Source: Octopus vulgaris
Lineage: Eukaryota
Direction: 5' to 3'
Length of the DNA stretch: 64,000 nt
NCBI GenBank assembly: GCA_951406725.2
Contig: OX597819.1
Coordinates: 1,860,001 to 1,924,000, forward strand
In this document: positions 26,621 through 39,269 of the stretch, one piece after another
Numbering within the stretch: the first letter of the stretch is position 1
Layout: each line of letters opens with the position of its first letter
Made by a program: the position numbers and the translations under genes
The notes under the pieces: model-generated
Databases searched by the model: none
What the model was told of the DNA's origin: nothing
What the model saw: only the letters and a program-made list of their open reading frames with translations

Positions 26621-27369
26621 TATTCAATCGATCGTCTCTTGCTAGCCTTTTCTCATATTTTCGACTCTTTCTGAATGACTGTATAATTATAATATAGATA
26701 TTTTGCTAACTGAAGTACATTTTCTACTTCCATTATGGAGAATATCTCATCAAGTAATACATAGGTAATTGTCTGTCACATCAGCCATAAACGTTTGACA
26801 CAATAGTAATTGTCTACTTCGGTCCATAGGACTGCATATGTATAAAAAATATGTTTTTTGTTTCTTTTGACAATACAGTCTGCGCATTTTGTCTCATTTC
26901 CGTTCATGTGTTAAACGAGTATACTTCAAGGTATGTTCCCTTTTTTTACTGAGACATTTATGGTGTGAATTTGTACCATCCACTTTCTTTCAGTATTCTT
27001 TAATACTAGTATATTTTCCAATGTATAAAAATTGAAACAGTACCAAGGGCTTATACATTCTTTTGGATTAAGACTGAAATCTAGGAGAAATATGAGCAAC
27101 TATATCTTCACATCCAAATTATTTATTGTGTTTTGTAATTTGAAGCGTTTAGTCAAAAACAGTAATTGTTAGACCTTTCTTTAGTAGTATCTCTAGGTAT
27201 TTATATTTATGTTTATTTCTTAAATAATTTCTATTATTGTTTCTCTACTTTACCCACTAATGTGGGTTACCTTGTTGCCTACAGTTTTGTATTGATCGAG
27301 GATTGGAGCTTTGGTGAAGAAACGAACTAAACAAACGCTTTCTTTATCAGAGAATCCTAAATCTGTCTT

Positions 27370-27568
27370 TGGTTTCAAATTTTAGCTCAAAGTCAACAAT
27401 ATGGGGGGGGGGGGAGGCAGGTCAATTACATCTACCCCAGTGCTCAACAGGTACCTCATTTAATAGAACCCGAAAGGATAAAAAGCAAAGCCGACTTCGG
27501 CGTAAGTTAAACCCAGAACGGAAAGGTGGACGAAATGGTGTGCTAACGACTCTACCAGCTCGCCGCCT
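27370..27568 (-). mobile_element. Degraded family B SINE
   Basis: The reverse complement begins GGCGGCGAGCTGGTAGAGTCGTTAGCAC and contains GCTTTTTATCCTTTCGGG. Confidence 0.7.
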
Positions 27569-28251
27569 TTTCGAGTTTATATGTTAGCTACATTAATAAA
27601 TATGGAGGTCCTGAATATATTTTCTATTTATAACAATATCGAATTTGTTTTCTCCTACTTGTCTAACTCTGCATACTGAAAAATAACAGTATTCTTATTC
27701 AAAAATTAACGTTACTGTATCCTTGTGTATTTCTGAAACCATTTATCAGCGGATTTCCATCGGTTACATATTTTCAAATGGAAGCTGGTCAACTCTCACC
27801 TAATTTAATCAGAAGTATTCCATGCGAAGAGGAAGCATCAACCAGCAGTAAATTGCTGTTGTTATTAAACTTATGACACATATATATCCAGTAGTGTTTA
27901 GATGAAAGACAATGGCAATAGCAATTATCACTCTCCCTGAAAATCTTAGAGATAGAAGTGGCTCTTCTGCTTGTCAAACTGAGAAATACTTGGTTATTTT
28001 GCGATGATAATCCATGATCGTTTATGATATATTTAGTGCTTTCATATTTCTTTTGTTTTTCTCAACGCTACTGTGCTTTATGGTGTGCGTATATGTAATT
28101 AATGTAAATGGTTTCAACTTTGAAAGGGGATAGTACTGATTTCTGCTAATTATTTCGTTGAGAGTATTGCAACTGATGCAACATATGTATTGAATACAGT
28201 TGGTAACAGTAATGCAATGCCTGAACCACTGCGTCATCATAATAAGAACTC

Positions 28252-30936
28252 AGTGGTGTTTGTGTACAGCGCTCTGATAGCATTAACAAACCTTGAAGGA
28301 ATACCATTGAGTACAAGGATTTTAAACATAAGATCTTTGCTGATCGAATCAAATGCTTTGCGGAAGTCGACAAAACAGAGTGTGATGCTCTTGTTAAACT
28401 TTTTCATTTCTTCCAGTATGCGACGGATGGAAAGGATTCGAGTAGTTGTTGATCGTCCCCTTCTAAATCCATTCTGATTCCTACGAAGAAGTGGATCGAG
28501 TATAGACACAATCCTATTAAACAGAAGTTTGTTAGAAACTTTTGATGCAATTGGGATCAGAGTAATGCCTCTATAATTTGTTGCACTTGTTAGATCACCT
28601 GTTTTAGGGACAGAGATAATTGCACCATTCAACTAAGCTGATGGAGGCAAATGATGTGCATGTATCGTTGCAGAAATCTAGTAATGTTTCATGAAATATT
28701 GGATCTTTCACAGTAATGTTGGTATGTTATCGAGTCCTGGGGATTTATTGCTAGCCAAACTACTGAGAACTGAAAGCTACTTTGAGCTCATCCATTGTGA
28801 AAAGGTTGGTGTTGATGTCGAATACATTAGATATTTGGTGTAGAGGAAGTGGAAGATTCTTTGTTTGTGGTGGTTCTCCAAGAAGTTTCTGAAAGGTGTC
28901 AAACCAGTTGATCTTGCGGTTTCCAGAGGAATAACTTTTTAAGCCAGATGGAGGGCTTAAATTTTCTTCCAGTTAGTGTGTCTACTAATATCCATTCTGC
29001 AGCATGCAATTTTGTTAATCTCAGCTAGAATATAACCCGTTTCTACATTGGCATATGCCTCGTCTAGTGTTCCTTGAGCTTTGGAAGCACCTTTGAAGTT
29101 ATTTTTAGTAGTCCTCTGTTCATGTCTAAGTTTCGATCTTTCTAGATGCTTCCTTGCTTCTCTCACACAGATATCTGAATGAATTGATCTGTGCTTTATT
29201 CTTTTTTTTCAGGTAGTTTTCAAAGGGCAATTTCTTCTGTAACTTACGAGTTTCTAATATTGTGTTTCAATGTTGTCAGTGTGTTCTGAGAGTATTTCAA
29301 AACGGTTTTTAGCATCTACTGCAAATGAGTGCTCTGAGGTTTTATCTGATGATACCTTGGACCTGTACACCTGTTTCATAAGGTTTGGGACTGGGGGCTT
29401 TGATGATCTAAGGATAAGAACAGTGCATATGGAAGCAACTCTATGATCTGAGCCAATAGATGCGAAGGAGGAGTATGCCTGTGCATTTCGGACACTGTCC
29501 TTCCACTTGTTTCTTACAAGTATGTAGTCACAAAAAGTACCAACACCGCCTATAGTGGGGCCCTGGAAGTTTTTAATAGCAGAGGTCATAATAAGTTGGT
29601 ATCTATCAAGTTTTGTATCAGATTGGTGATGCCTGTGTTCTTGGATGCTCAAGATATCGACTTTGTTCTTCTTTACACAATGCAGGAGTTCTTGTTTTCT
29701 GCTTGTCTTTGATAAAGTTTGTGAGTTAAAAAGTGCTGTAGGCAACAGGTCTTTTGCACTTCATAAACTTGTTTGTTGTTTCTGCATTCTACATCTACCT
29801 CTTCACAGCTACCCTGCTCTAAGGAGTTTAGAGGTAGCTAGTCATACGTTTCATGGGAAACAAGGGGAGACTTTGGATCTGAACAAGCAGGGGCTCGAAC
29901 CCTGGTGCTGCAAGTGGACGTCAGAGTTATTCTTTCGGTAGCTCATACAGAAGTGGATCGCCAGTCCTACATCCGGATATTTTTACATACTAGACACCAT
30001 CTCAACGGAGACTGCTGTCCAAGGGTTAAAACTTCTCTCTAGCCATGAGGTAAATTTATCCCGCGCAGACACCAACTTGGTATTTCAATTCCGCGGATGG
30101 TTTTTCTTATAAGAGATTTCCTTCACCTAGGCAGGTTACCTTCACCTAGGCTGAGGGAGTCCTGTCTACCCATTCCAGATATACAGGGCATGGACGTAAT
30201 GCTATGTGGAGTGTACCTCCACGTACCCCGTACAAGCACAAGAGAGAGCAACAAGCCATGTAGGATTTTACTGTAACGAGAGTAAGACAGAGTTTTTCAT
30301 GACTTCCTCCAAGTTAACTGAACTTAAATCGCTCAATAATAAATCAATCAAAAACGTTGAAGAATTCAAATAACTTGGATCACACATAGGAGACTCCCAA
30401 AGAGACTTTCGCATCCGCAAGGCTCTTGCTAGGGATGCATGTAATAGACTTGATAAGATCTAGCACTTAAACCTGCCACCCACGTGAAAAGTTAAAATAT
30501 TTAGAACATTAATTGAGGCCGTCCTTGTCTATGGATCGGGGACCTGGACCTTATCGGCTCTCTTAGAAAAATAACTAGATGGAATATATACCAACCTGCT
30601 CAGAAAGATACAGAACATCTGTTAGAGATCACACCCAACACTTAGTAACATGTACGGAAATCTGATACCAATATTCCTCATGCTAAAGTAGAAACGGCTA
30701 CAATTTGCTGGCCACTGTCATCGAGCAGGAAAAGAGGTTATCTCATCCCTGCTTCTATGGTATCCCTCTGGAAGTGTTTTCTTCAGGAAATTGACATTTC
30801 CAGATACTGTATCTCGGGACTCCGGGCTGGATATTAGAGATCTAAACACAGCAATGCAGGACCTCATAGTGTGGAAAGGGATTGTCGATGGAGTTCCGAC
30901 CAACCACAGGTTGGACGAATTATGATGATGATGGTG
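28252..30936. mobile_element. RTE-like LINE with 5' inversion (5' part on minus 28252-~30240; 3' part on plus ~30243-30936), 10-bp TSD
   Basis: Minus: endonuclease (VDILSIQEHR, CDYILVRNKW, GSDHR) and RT (NYRGITL, QNGFRRGRST, FVDFRKAFDSI, LYTNTT). Plus: VGFYCNESKTE, EFK*LGS, FAGHCHRA, (TGA)n tail. TSD ATAAGAACTC at 28242-28251 and 30937-30946. Confidence 0.9.
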
Positions 30937-31389
30937 ATAAGAACTCGATTCCAAGACTAACCATATCACTCCTACTTACGATGGACACAGTCCTTTAGTG
31001 AAACAAATGCCGAATTATACAGATTTTACTACAAACGTCTTCAATCATGTACGAGCATCCATTACCCTCAAAAACACTACACAATGCCTCTACAAAGCCA
31101 TTCTAAAAGTATTATCATTCTTGATTAAGAAAGCAAAACATAAAATGAAAATAGTAGAAGATAATTAACGTCATTAAGCGTTAGCAGAGTTATGGCTTAC
31201 ACATCACCAGATTTAAGTGCATCGGCAGAGAAGATGCCGCACTCCAACCTGAATTCAGTTTATGGCTTTCCGTGTGGCTACCGCCAAACCTAGAGTCTGA
31301 GAAACTAGACAATGAAGAGAGAATAAACTAACCGAGACATAACATATATATGCGTATGTGTGTATGAGTGCATACAGCATATATATATA

Positions 31390-31600
31390 TTTTAGTTGCA
31401 TCAGTTATTTGACTGCGGCCATGCTGGAGCAATGCCTTAAAGGATTTTACTCAAACAAATCGCCCCCAGGACTTATTCTTTGTAAGCCGAGTACTTATTC
31501 TATCGGTTTCTTTTGCCTAAGCACACCAACATCGCTTTTCAAGTGATGATGGTTGGGGGCAAACACAGACACACACACAAATATATGCATATATATATAT

Positions 31601-31672
<72 letters not shown>

Positions 31673-31752
31673 GACAGGCTTGTTTCAGTTTCCTACTACC
31701 AAATCCACTCAGAAGGCTTTGCTCGGCCCGCCACACAGCCACGCCGGCACCT
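31390..31752 (-). mobile_element. Family A SINE with internal deletions and expanded (TA)n
   Basis: Reverse-complement matches GGTGCCGGCGTGGCTGTGTGG, GGATTTGGTAG..GGAAACTGAAA, GATAGAATAAGTACT and GCTCCAGCATGGCCGCAGTC. Confidence 0.8.
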
Positions 31753-31889
31753 ATAAATAATAAAATGAAAATCAGGCAAGCAGAGATTTGGACATGCAGA
31801 TTTTATTTCACATTTTATTTTAATCAAATCTTTCTTTGTCAAGATATATATCCCTCTTAACCATTTCAGAATTTTACTTCTGGAAAAAA

Positions 31890-31946
<57 letters not shown>

Positions 31947-33947
31947 AACTCGGGAGCGGCTTCAGTCATTTTTCGAAAATACTATTGGTCACGTGTCTGA
32001 CTCTTTATGATATGTGGATATAACAAATATTAATTTCTTACATAGAGATAAGAGCAGAATGTTTAAGTGGATCGACTTATAATATATTAATGGTACATTG
32101 TTTATCTGTCGTTGAGATACAAGTCGAATTTGAACTCAGAACGGCATGGCATTCAGACAGCTACACTTCTAGAAGAAACCAATGTTAAAATTAAGTAAGT
32201 GTTGTAATAGAGACTTGTGTCGTAATATAAATATTTTCAACTCTGAGTTGACATAATTTCGTTCTTTTGTATTTGCAATATTCTTAGGAACCACGTAGAT
32301 GCATTATTTTTAGTGCATTCTCACCCAAAAACATAATATGCCTATCACGGTGTCTGTAGAGAATTCATTTACGTATTTAGTTTCCCTATTGATTTTATTT
32401 TTACAAGAATGTCTACCTAAAGAAGCTTCATATATTTATGAACGAATGACAACGTACAACGGCGTTGGTAAATTCCTATTATAGCTTGATCAGTACTATT
32501 CTAACATTGGATAAATGTTGCAATGATATTTGAAACTCCTGTAGTGTGATAGTGGTGGTGCTTTCACTACTAGTACCAACATGGTTGCTTCAGTTGCAGC
32601 TATCAACACCACTATTGCTGCTACTGGTGCTATTGCTGCTACTAGTACTACTGCAACTCAGAATGAAGAAAATTTCTTCTGAAAAGCTTTGTCTGCAAAG
32701 GATAATGCAAATATATAACTTTAGCAAAACATTTCATTTTTACAAAAATATATCTGTTGAGATCGATTGCCTGAATGGAAAATAAAATAGATTTCTTTAA
32801 AATCGAAAGAGATGTAGACTGGCTTCACTATTCTTTTCACTCCATCCGCAGCTGATAACTACTGAATATATATCTACCTATTTATAGAATTCAATTTTTA
32901 TACACTATATCATAAATTCAAAATGGGTTTCTAATATATGTTCTTATCTAACAGGAGGAAAATAGAATACACTTATATTACCAATATGAGCAATAGAATT
33001 TCAAACTGAATACCTACACATAGTTACACACACATACACAGGCACACACATACACGCATACACATGATATATGCGTAGGTGCGTGCTCTTGTGCATGCGC
33101 CTGGGAATGTATTTGCATGAGTATGTGTGCTGTGTGCGAGTATGTTCTTTGCATTAAAGCGTCTGAGTGACCAGCTTCAGACACCAGTCAAACATTTATT
33201 TATGAAACTGAGTGGAAATTTCAAAACACATATCTAAACCCCATCACAATTGTGGAGTGTTTGTTACCTTCGTCTGGTCACCAGTGCGAGTGACTGTGTG
33301 TGTATGTATGTTTGTTTGTATGTGTGCGCGCGTGTGTGTGTGTGCGTGTGTGTGTGTGCGTGTGTGTGTGAGTGAGTGAGTGTGTATGTATGTGTGTGTG
33401 TATGTGTGCGCGGTGTGACTACAAAACACAATAAAAGAGGGACGACAAAAAAGGACAAAATTTAACAAATAAGGTACGGGCTTAAAGTTTTAATGGGAAG
33501 AAAAAATGTTTTCATGTTTTGGATGTTGGTCATTCATCAGAAGAAATGGTGAAGCATACGGAAAGTGAGAAAGAGAACTGGTTAGTGACAGTTTCAAAAA
33601 ACAAATAAAAAAAAAGAGAGAGAAGGTTTAGAGACCAGGTGGAAATATCGTTCTGTGGAACGTATTTAAGAAAGGAAAAGGGGATGCAGTGTAGATGCAA
33701 GTATAAGAGTGTATCCATGTCAAGAAGTGAGAATAAATGCGGAGCAATGTGTATGTAATGGTTAGATGGTTGGTATGATAGAGCGTGTGAGAAGATGAGA
33801 CGGTGTGTTAGTGTAAGAGGGAAATAATGGGTGAATCAAATAAGATGGCAAGATTCACGTGGATCTTGCCATCAGACAGAATTATTTAAGAATATGAGAA
33901 ACGTTTACACACACACACTCACACATACATACACACATATAGTGGAA

Positions 33948-34326
33948 GTGGAAGCACTCCGTCGGTTACGACGACGAGGGTTCCGGTTGATCCGAATCAA
34001 CGGAACAGCCTGCTCGTGAAATTAACGTGTAAGTGGCTGAGCACTCCACACACACGTGTACCCTTAACGTAGTTCTCGGGGATATTCAGCGTGACACAGA
34101 GAGTGACAAGGCCGGCCCTTTGAAATACAGGTACAACAGAAACAGGAAGTAAGAGTGAGAGAAAGTTGTGGTGAACAGCAGGGATCACCACCATCCCCTG
34201 CCGGAGCCTCGTGGAGCTTTAGGTGTTTTCGCTCATTAAACACTCACAACGCCCGGTCTGGGAATTGAAACCGCGATCCTATAACCGCGAGTTCGCTGCC
34301 CTAACCACTGGACCATTGCGCCTCCA
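33948..34326 (-). mobile_element. tRNA-derived SINE (family C), near-intact
   Basis: Head GGAGGCGCAATGGTCCAGTGGTTAGGGC...GGTTTCAATTCCC; tail CCCTCGTCGTCGTAACCGACGGAGTG; second copy at 42303-42675. Confidence 0.9.
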
Positions 34327-34334
34327 CGCTCACA

Positions 34335-34362
34335 CATATATATATATATACACATATATACA

Positions 34363-34422
<60 letters not shown>

Positions 34423-34455
34423 GTGTGTGTATATATATATATGTATATATATATG

Positions 34456-34502
<47 letters not shown>

Positions 34503-34562
34503 TATATATATGTGTGTGCGTGTTTGTATACATATACATATATATATATATACACACACACA

Positions 34563-34634
<72 letters not shown>

Positions 34635-34665
34635 TGTATATATGTGTATATATATATGTGTGTGC
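34335..34665. repeat. Compound (TA)/(TC)/(GA)/(TG) microsatellite with quasi-palindromic layout
   Basis: (TC)n at ~34363-34387 and (GA)n at ~34608-34634 flank (TA)n tracts. Confidence 0.95.
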
Positions 34666-35990
34666 GTAAAATATATCCACTGTAGACTCGGTGGCAATCA
34701 AGTATACGGTTGCAAGTCTAGATGAGAATCGAACTTCTGTACTCGTGCCTATAAGAGGACCTCAACCCTTACAGTCATCGTATGATAACCAACTCACCAT
34801 ATACCCTTTCTCTTCACTTGTCTCCGCACCTTTTCTGCTATGTCTGAGGCTTGACGCCCCTACACCTCGTTTCTTCGCTTTCCCACACATTGTCAGCTTT
34901 AAGAACACCTGGAAAGTATATACCCTCCTTATCCGCGTACTCTCCTCCCCACATTCTGTTCTCATCATGATGCCTTCTGTGTTCTCAATCCCGCGTTTAT
35001 AACTACCCTTCCTTTTCCGTAATCAACATCATCACTGAACTTTCCATATTAAGCGATCTTTCTCGTACACCACCACCAAACACATAAACGCGCTGTAGGG
35101 ATTTTTTTTTTTCTTCACTTCGATCCACACCGAGCAAGCTAGCTGACAGTTGCGCGAAAAACCTCAGAGAAATCCGACTTGGCAAAAGGTTACTCGTCCC
35201 TCAAAATTTCCGCACTAATATTTCCCAGTTTTTTAACTTGGCTTCCAAGACCGGATTTTCCACCTTTCAATTCCTAAGAGAACAAGAGTTTAACTTATTT
35301 CTCAGAGTTTACTCTTCTTTTGGCTTAAATTCACCCCCTCAATTTTCTATACTGCCTCATTTAGAATTACATATCTTTCCCCCTGCTTTGTCTCTCTCCC
35401 CTTTTCTCCACATTTTTATCAGCATTCCACCCAACCCAGTCACATTCCACCAACCCCTTCCACTGTCTAAGCCAAACATTTCTCCTTTCCACTTAAACCT
35501 GTGTATGTAAGCGCAAGTGTTTATGTGAGTGCGTGTATGCTCGTGAAAGAAGAGATCCAGTGAGAAGTGAAGGTGCGCATCGTCCAACAAATGTCAGATG
35601 ACATAGAAATATATGATATAAATCATATGCATGTACACACGCGCGCGCACACACACACGCACACACATATTGTTAAAATTATGGGTAGGTATTTTGTCAA
35701 ATGAAATATGCATTTAAAAATTTCGTTTCCAAAAACCAGGGTTTCGCAATAGATTCTGCTATAAAGTCGCTCTTACGTTTTTAGGTTTAGTTAGCTTTTG
35801 TTATAACAGAGAATTATTTCAAAAAAATATTCTCGGGACCTCATGTTAGAAGTTTAACAGAATTTTGTGGAAAAGATGAACGTTGAGAGGGGCACTTTCT
35901 CATATATATATATGTGTGTGTGTGTGAGTGTGTGTATGTGTGTGTGTATGTGTGTGTGTGTGTGTCTATATTTATGTATATATATACATA

Positions 35991-37236
35991 TTGGGTCATC
36001 CCATAAATAATGCGGTATTTTCAATTGCATGAGCTAAAGGTCGGAGGGGGACAGGATAAATTATCTACATCAATTTGCTATAAAAGCAGGTACTAATTAT
36101 GCATTTTGCTTATTTTTCGTGCAAGTTTTGAAGAGTGCTGTTCAATTTTAACAGTTATGTTTTCAAAGCTATAATGGAAGTGACAAAGGAGCATATTCGG
36201 CATATTTTGCTTTCTGAGGCAACACCGCAACGGAAAGTGTGAGGAATGGTAATGCAGTAAAAGGGGACTGGACAATAAGCGTAAGTCAATGCTAACGGTG
36301 GTTCCGGAAATTCCGAGCCGGGAACTACTGCCTAGAAGACGAGCCTTGTCCTGGAAGATCTGTAGAGCTCGACGAGAACGTCCTGCAAACTCTAGTGGAA
36401 CAAAAATTCCATCATAACTGTTGAGGAACTAGTAGAGAAACTTGGATTTGGTCATTCAACCATTCATCGATATCTAATTGCCATAAAAAAGGTCAGTAAA
36501 TTGGGTCAATGGGTTCCTCACAAACTTTCCGACTCTAATCTCGCGCAAAGAATGTTTCCTCTTCTTTGCTGTTACGTCTTATGAATGAACCTTTTTGGGA
36601 CTGAATAGTAACTGGTGATGAGAAATGGGTTTTCTATAAAAATATCAAACGCCGAAGAGTGGGTAGGGAAGGGGGAAATACCGGCATCTCAGGCTAAAGA
36701 AGATCTTCACCCACGTAAGGAGTTGTTATCTGTTTGGTGGGATATTAAAGGTTTAGTCCACTTTGACCTTTCAAACCAAGACCAAACAATAACAAAGGAG
36801 ATCTAATGTGAGCAGCTTGAGTGGCTTAAGTCAGCGCTAGAAGAAAAACAACCATTTTTGGTTTGAAGACAAAAGGTGTTCTGCCATCTGGATAATGCTC
36901 GGCCATATACAGCGGAGATGACAACCCAAAGGCCGGAGCAGTTCGGATGGGAAACGACACCCCACCCACCATATATCACCGGATATTGCTCCAGCCGATT
37001 ATCATTTATTCGACTGTCATCAAAATCATTTGGACGGAAAAAAAACTATGATTTCTATAGACGAGGTTGGAACAGTACTGGAGGAGTATTTTTCATCGCA
37101 AGTCAATCAGATAGATGGAAGAGCGTTGTTGATAATAAAGGAGGGTATATTTTAGATTAAAAAAGAACTTTGTTGATCTTCATTTTGAAAAGTAAAAGAA
37201 GTACAAAAAACCTGCATTATTTATGGGATGAACCAA
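35991..37236 (+). mobile_element. Full-length degenerate mariner element (1246 bp) with TIRs and TA TSD
   Basis: Left TTGGGTCATCCCATAAATAATGCGG versus right reverse complement TTGGTTCATCCCATAAATAATGCAGG, TA on both sides. Motifs WFRKFR, WVPHKL, TGDEKW, LSVWWD, HLDNARP, HPPY.PDIAP.DY; multiple frameshifts. Confidence 0.95.
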
Positions 37237-37241
37237 TACAT

Positions 37242-37329
<88 letters not shown>

Positions 37330-37744
37330 GTGTGTGTGCGTGTGTGGGGGTTGTATTTGCAAATGCGCCTGTGTATATCTTCTTGTGTCCTGAGTAGTTC
37401 ATTATACCAATGATAATAACAAAAAACTCACGCTTTGGTTCAATATAACTTCTGATTTGTTAGTGAATCGGTTAAATATCTAATCAAGTAACTAAACAAT
37501 CGTTTGCTTAATGTGCTGTTTAAACAATCAACGAATTGTCTGTTTGTCAAAGTTCGTTTGTCGTTATTCGCGACTTCAACGATGACATACACCGTCTGTC
37601 TCTGTCTCTCTCTCAGATCGACGAAAGGACTTTGATGAGAGCAGATGGATAGGAAAAGGAAACCAGCTTTGAAAAATAAAGCCACACAGCAAGAACATCA
37701 ACTGCAGCCATTAAAACGAATCGCAGTAAGTGGACGAATTGATC

Positions 37745-38650
37745 CATGCAACAGACGGGTCACAATGTATGGGCTTACTGCGCTTCAGGTTTGGGTTTGT
37801 TTTTAAGGGTGTCTTGGGGGTTTAGAAAAGAAGGTAGGTAGATGAAAAGGTTAGTTAATCAGCAGATTTCTTTGCATTTTATTGGCCTAATGTGATCACT
37901 ATTTCGATGATTTAACCTTTTGTTTTGGGAAGGTAGAGGTAATTGTTCAGTGTTTAGTCAAGTATGAAAGACTTGGTAAATAAGTGTATCTATTTAAGAA
38001 TGTCAGCTTTAGGTCGTGGAGTTTTAGTATAGGAATTTGGTTATCTTGTATTTTAGATATTACAAAAGGATGTAAGTAGGTGGAATTTTCAGTTGGTTTG
38101 CGTATTTCTAACTAGGAGTTAATTTTCCTTCATATCATGTGATTACTATTTTGGAAATTTAAACTTTGTTTTTTTTCCGAGGAAGTAAAGTTCGAGGACT
38201 ACGTTTCTATAAATACTTCCTGTATTTGATTTCATCTACAATTACAAAATCTTTAAAACCTTTCTAACTAGTAGCCAAATTGCACCGTGGAAAATTAATT
38301 CCTAGTTAGAAATATGCTAACCAAATAAACTTTCTACCTACTTCTGACCGTTTGTCAAACGTAAAGAACAAGTTTATGCAAATTTCTATAATAAAAACTC
38401 AACGACTTAAGACTGACATACCTAAAAAGTATACCTAACTACAATATCCTGCATGTTACACTGAGCTCTGACCAACAACTTCAATTTCCAGAAGCTAAGA
38501 GGTTAAATCTTCTATTACTATTCATATAACATCATTAGCAATAATCAAACCTAGTCACACGACTACGGACCAACTAACCTACATACAACCCCAAGACCTG
38601 AAGGTAGCACGCTTCAGTAGACACACCTGATTACCCAGTTTTACATGCTT
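37745..38650. repeat. Diverged inverted pair of a ~370-bp repeat (probably old LINE 3' ends, head-to-head)
   Basis: GGAAAATTAACTCCTAGTTAGAAATACGC (minus, ending ~38130) versus GGAAAATTAATTCCTAGTTAGAAATATGC (plus, ~38289); collinear similarity continues to ACCTGAAG near both outer ends. Confidence 0.65.
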
Positions 38651-38949
38651 GACTGAACTCTGAACAAGAACCACAACGCAAAATTTTATGAATAAAATTT
38701 TCTATAATCTCTTTCTATCAGAACTCATCCTTCAAACCAATCACCATCTAAGAGGGCTGCTCTTACCCCAAAGAAAATCAATTTGACAGACACTATATAA
38801 TGCCAAGATGAACTCAAATATACCGCATTCCGATGGAGGGTAATCAGTTCGAAACTTCGAAGTCACAGTCAGCACCATTTTTGTTAACGAATAGTAAGTT
38901 GAGTACATATTAATACATACATACATACACATACGCACGTACACACACA

Positions 38950-39006
<57 letters not shown>

Positions 39007-39235
39007 GTATTCATATTTTGTTCTAGAAGCAGCTTTGAATTATCAGTGTTACATAACTTAATGTATGTGTGTCGGTAAACGGTTTTCGGCTGCGATACTT
39101 CGTCTAGGTAGGCCCTTCAAAGACGTAGAATGTTAAAAACACTGTACTTCAAAGTCAGGCGGAACGAACCGCTCCGGAGGGGCATGAGAACTACAGATAT
39201 TGATATTTCGCAGTTTTTCCTGCTAATCGGTGATG

Positions 39236-39269
<34 letters not shown>

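Noticed and set aside
34250-34326. tRNA genes (also ~18180, ~42600, ~49900)
   Set aside because: They have A/B boxes but continue into multi-copy SINE bodies; these are SINE heads.
34690-35510. Possible L1/Tx1 ORF2 C-terminal remnant on the minus strand (and a possible endonuclease remnant at 40300-41050)
   Set aside because: Motifs are too degenerate to assign by eye.
39060-39235. GC-richer island between microsatellites, possible exon
   Set aside because: Stops occur in the frames compatible with the candidate splice sites; no homology recognised.
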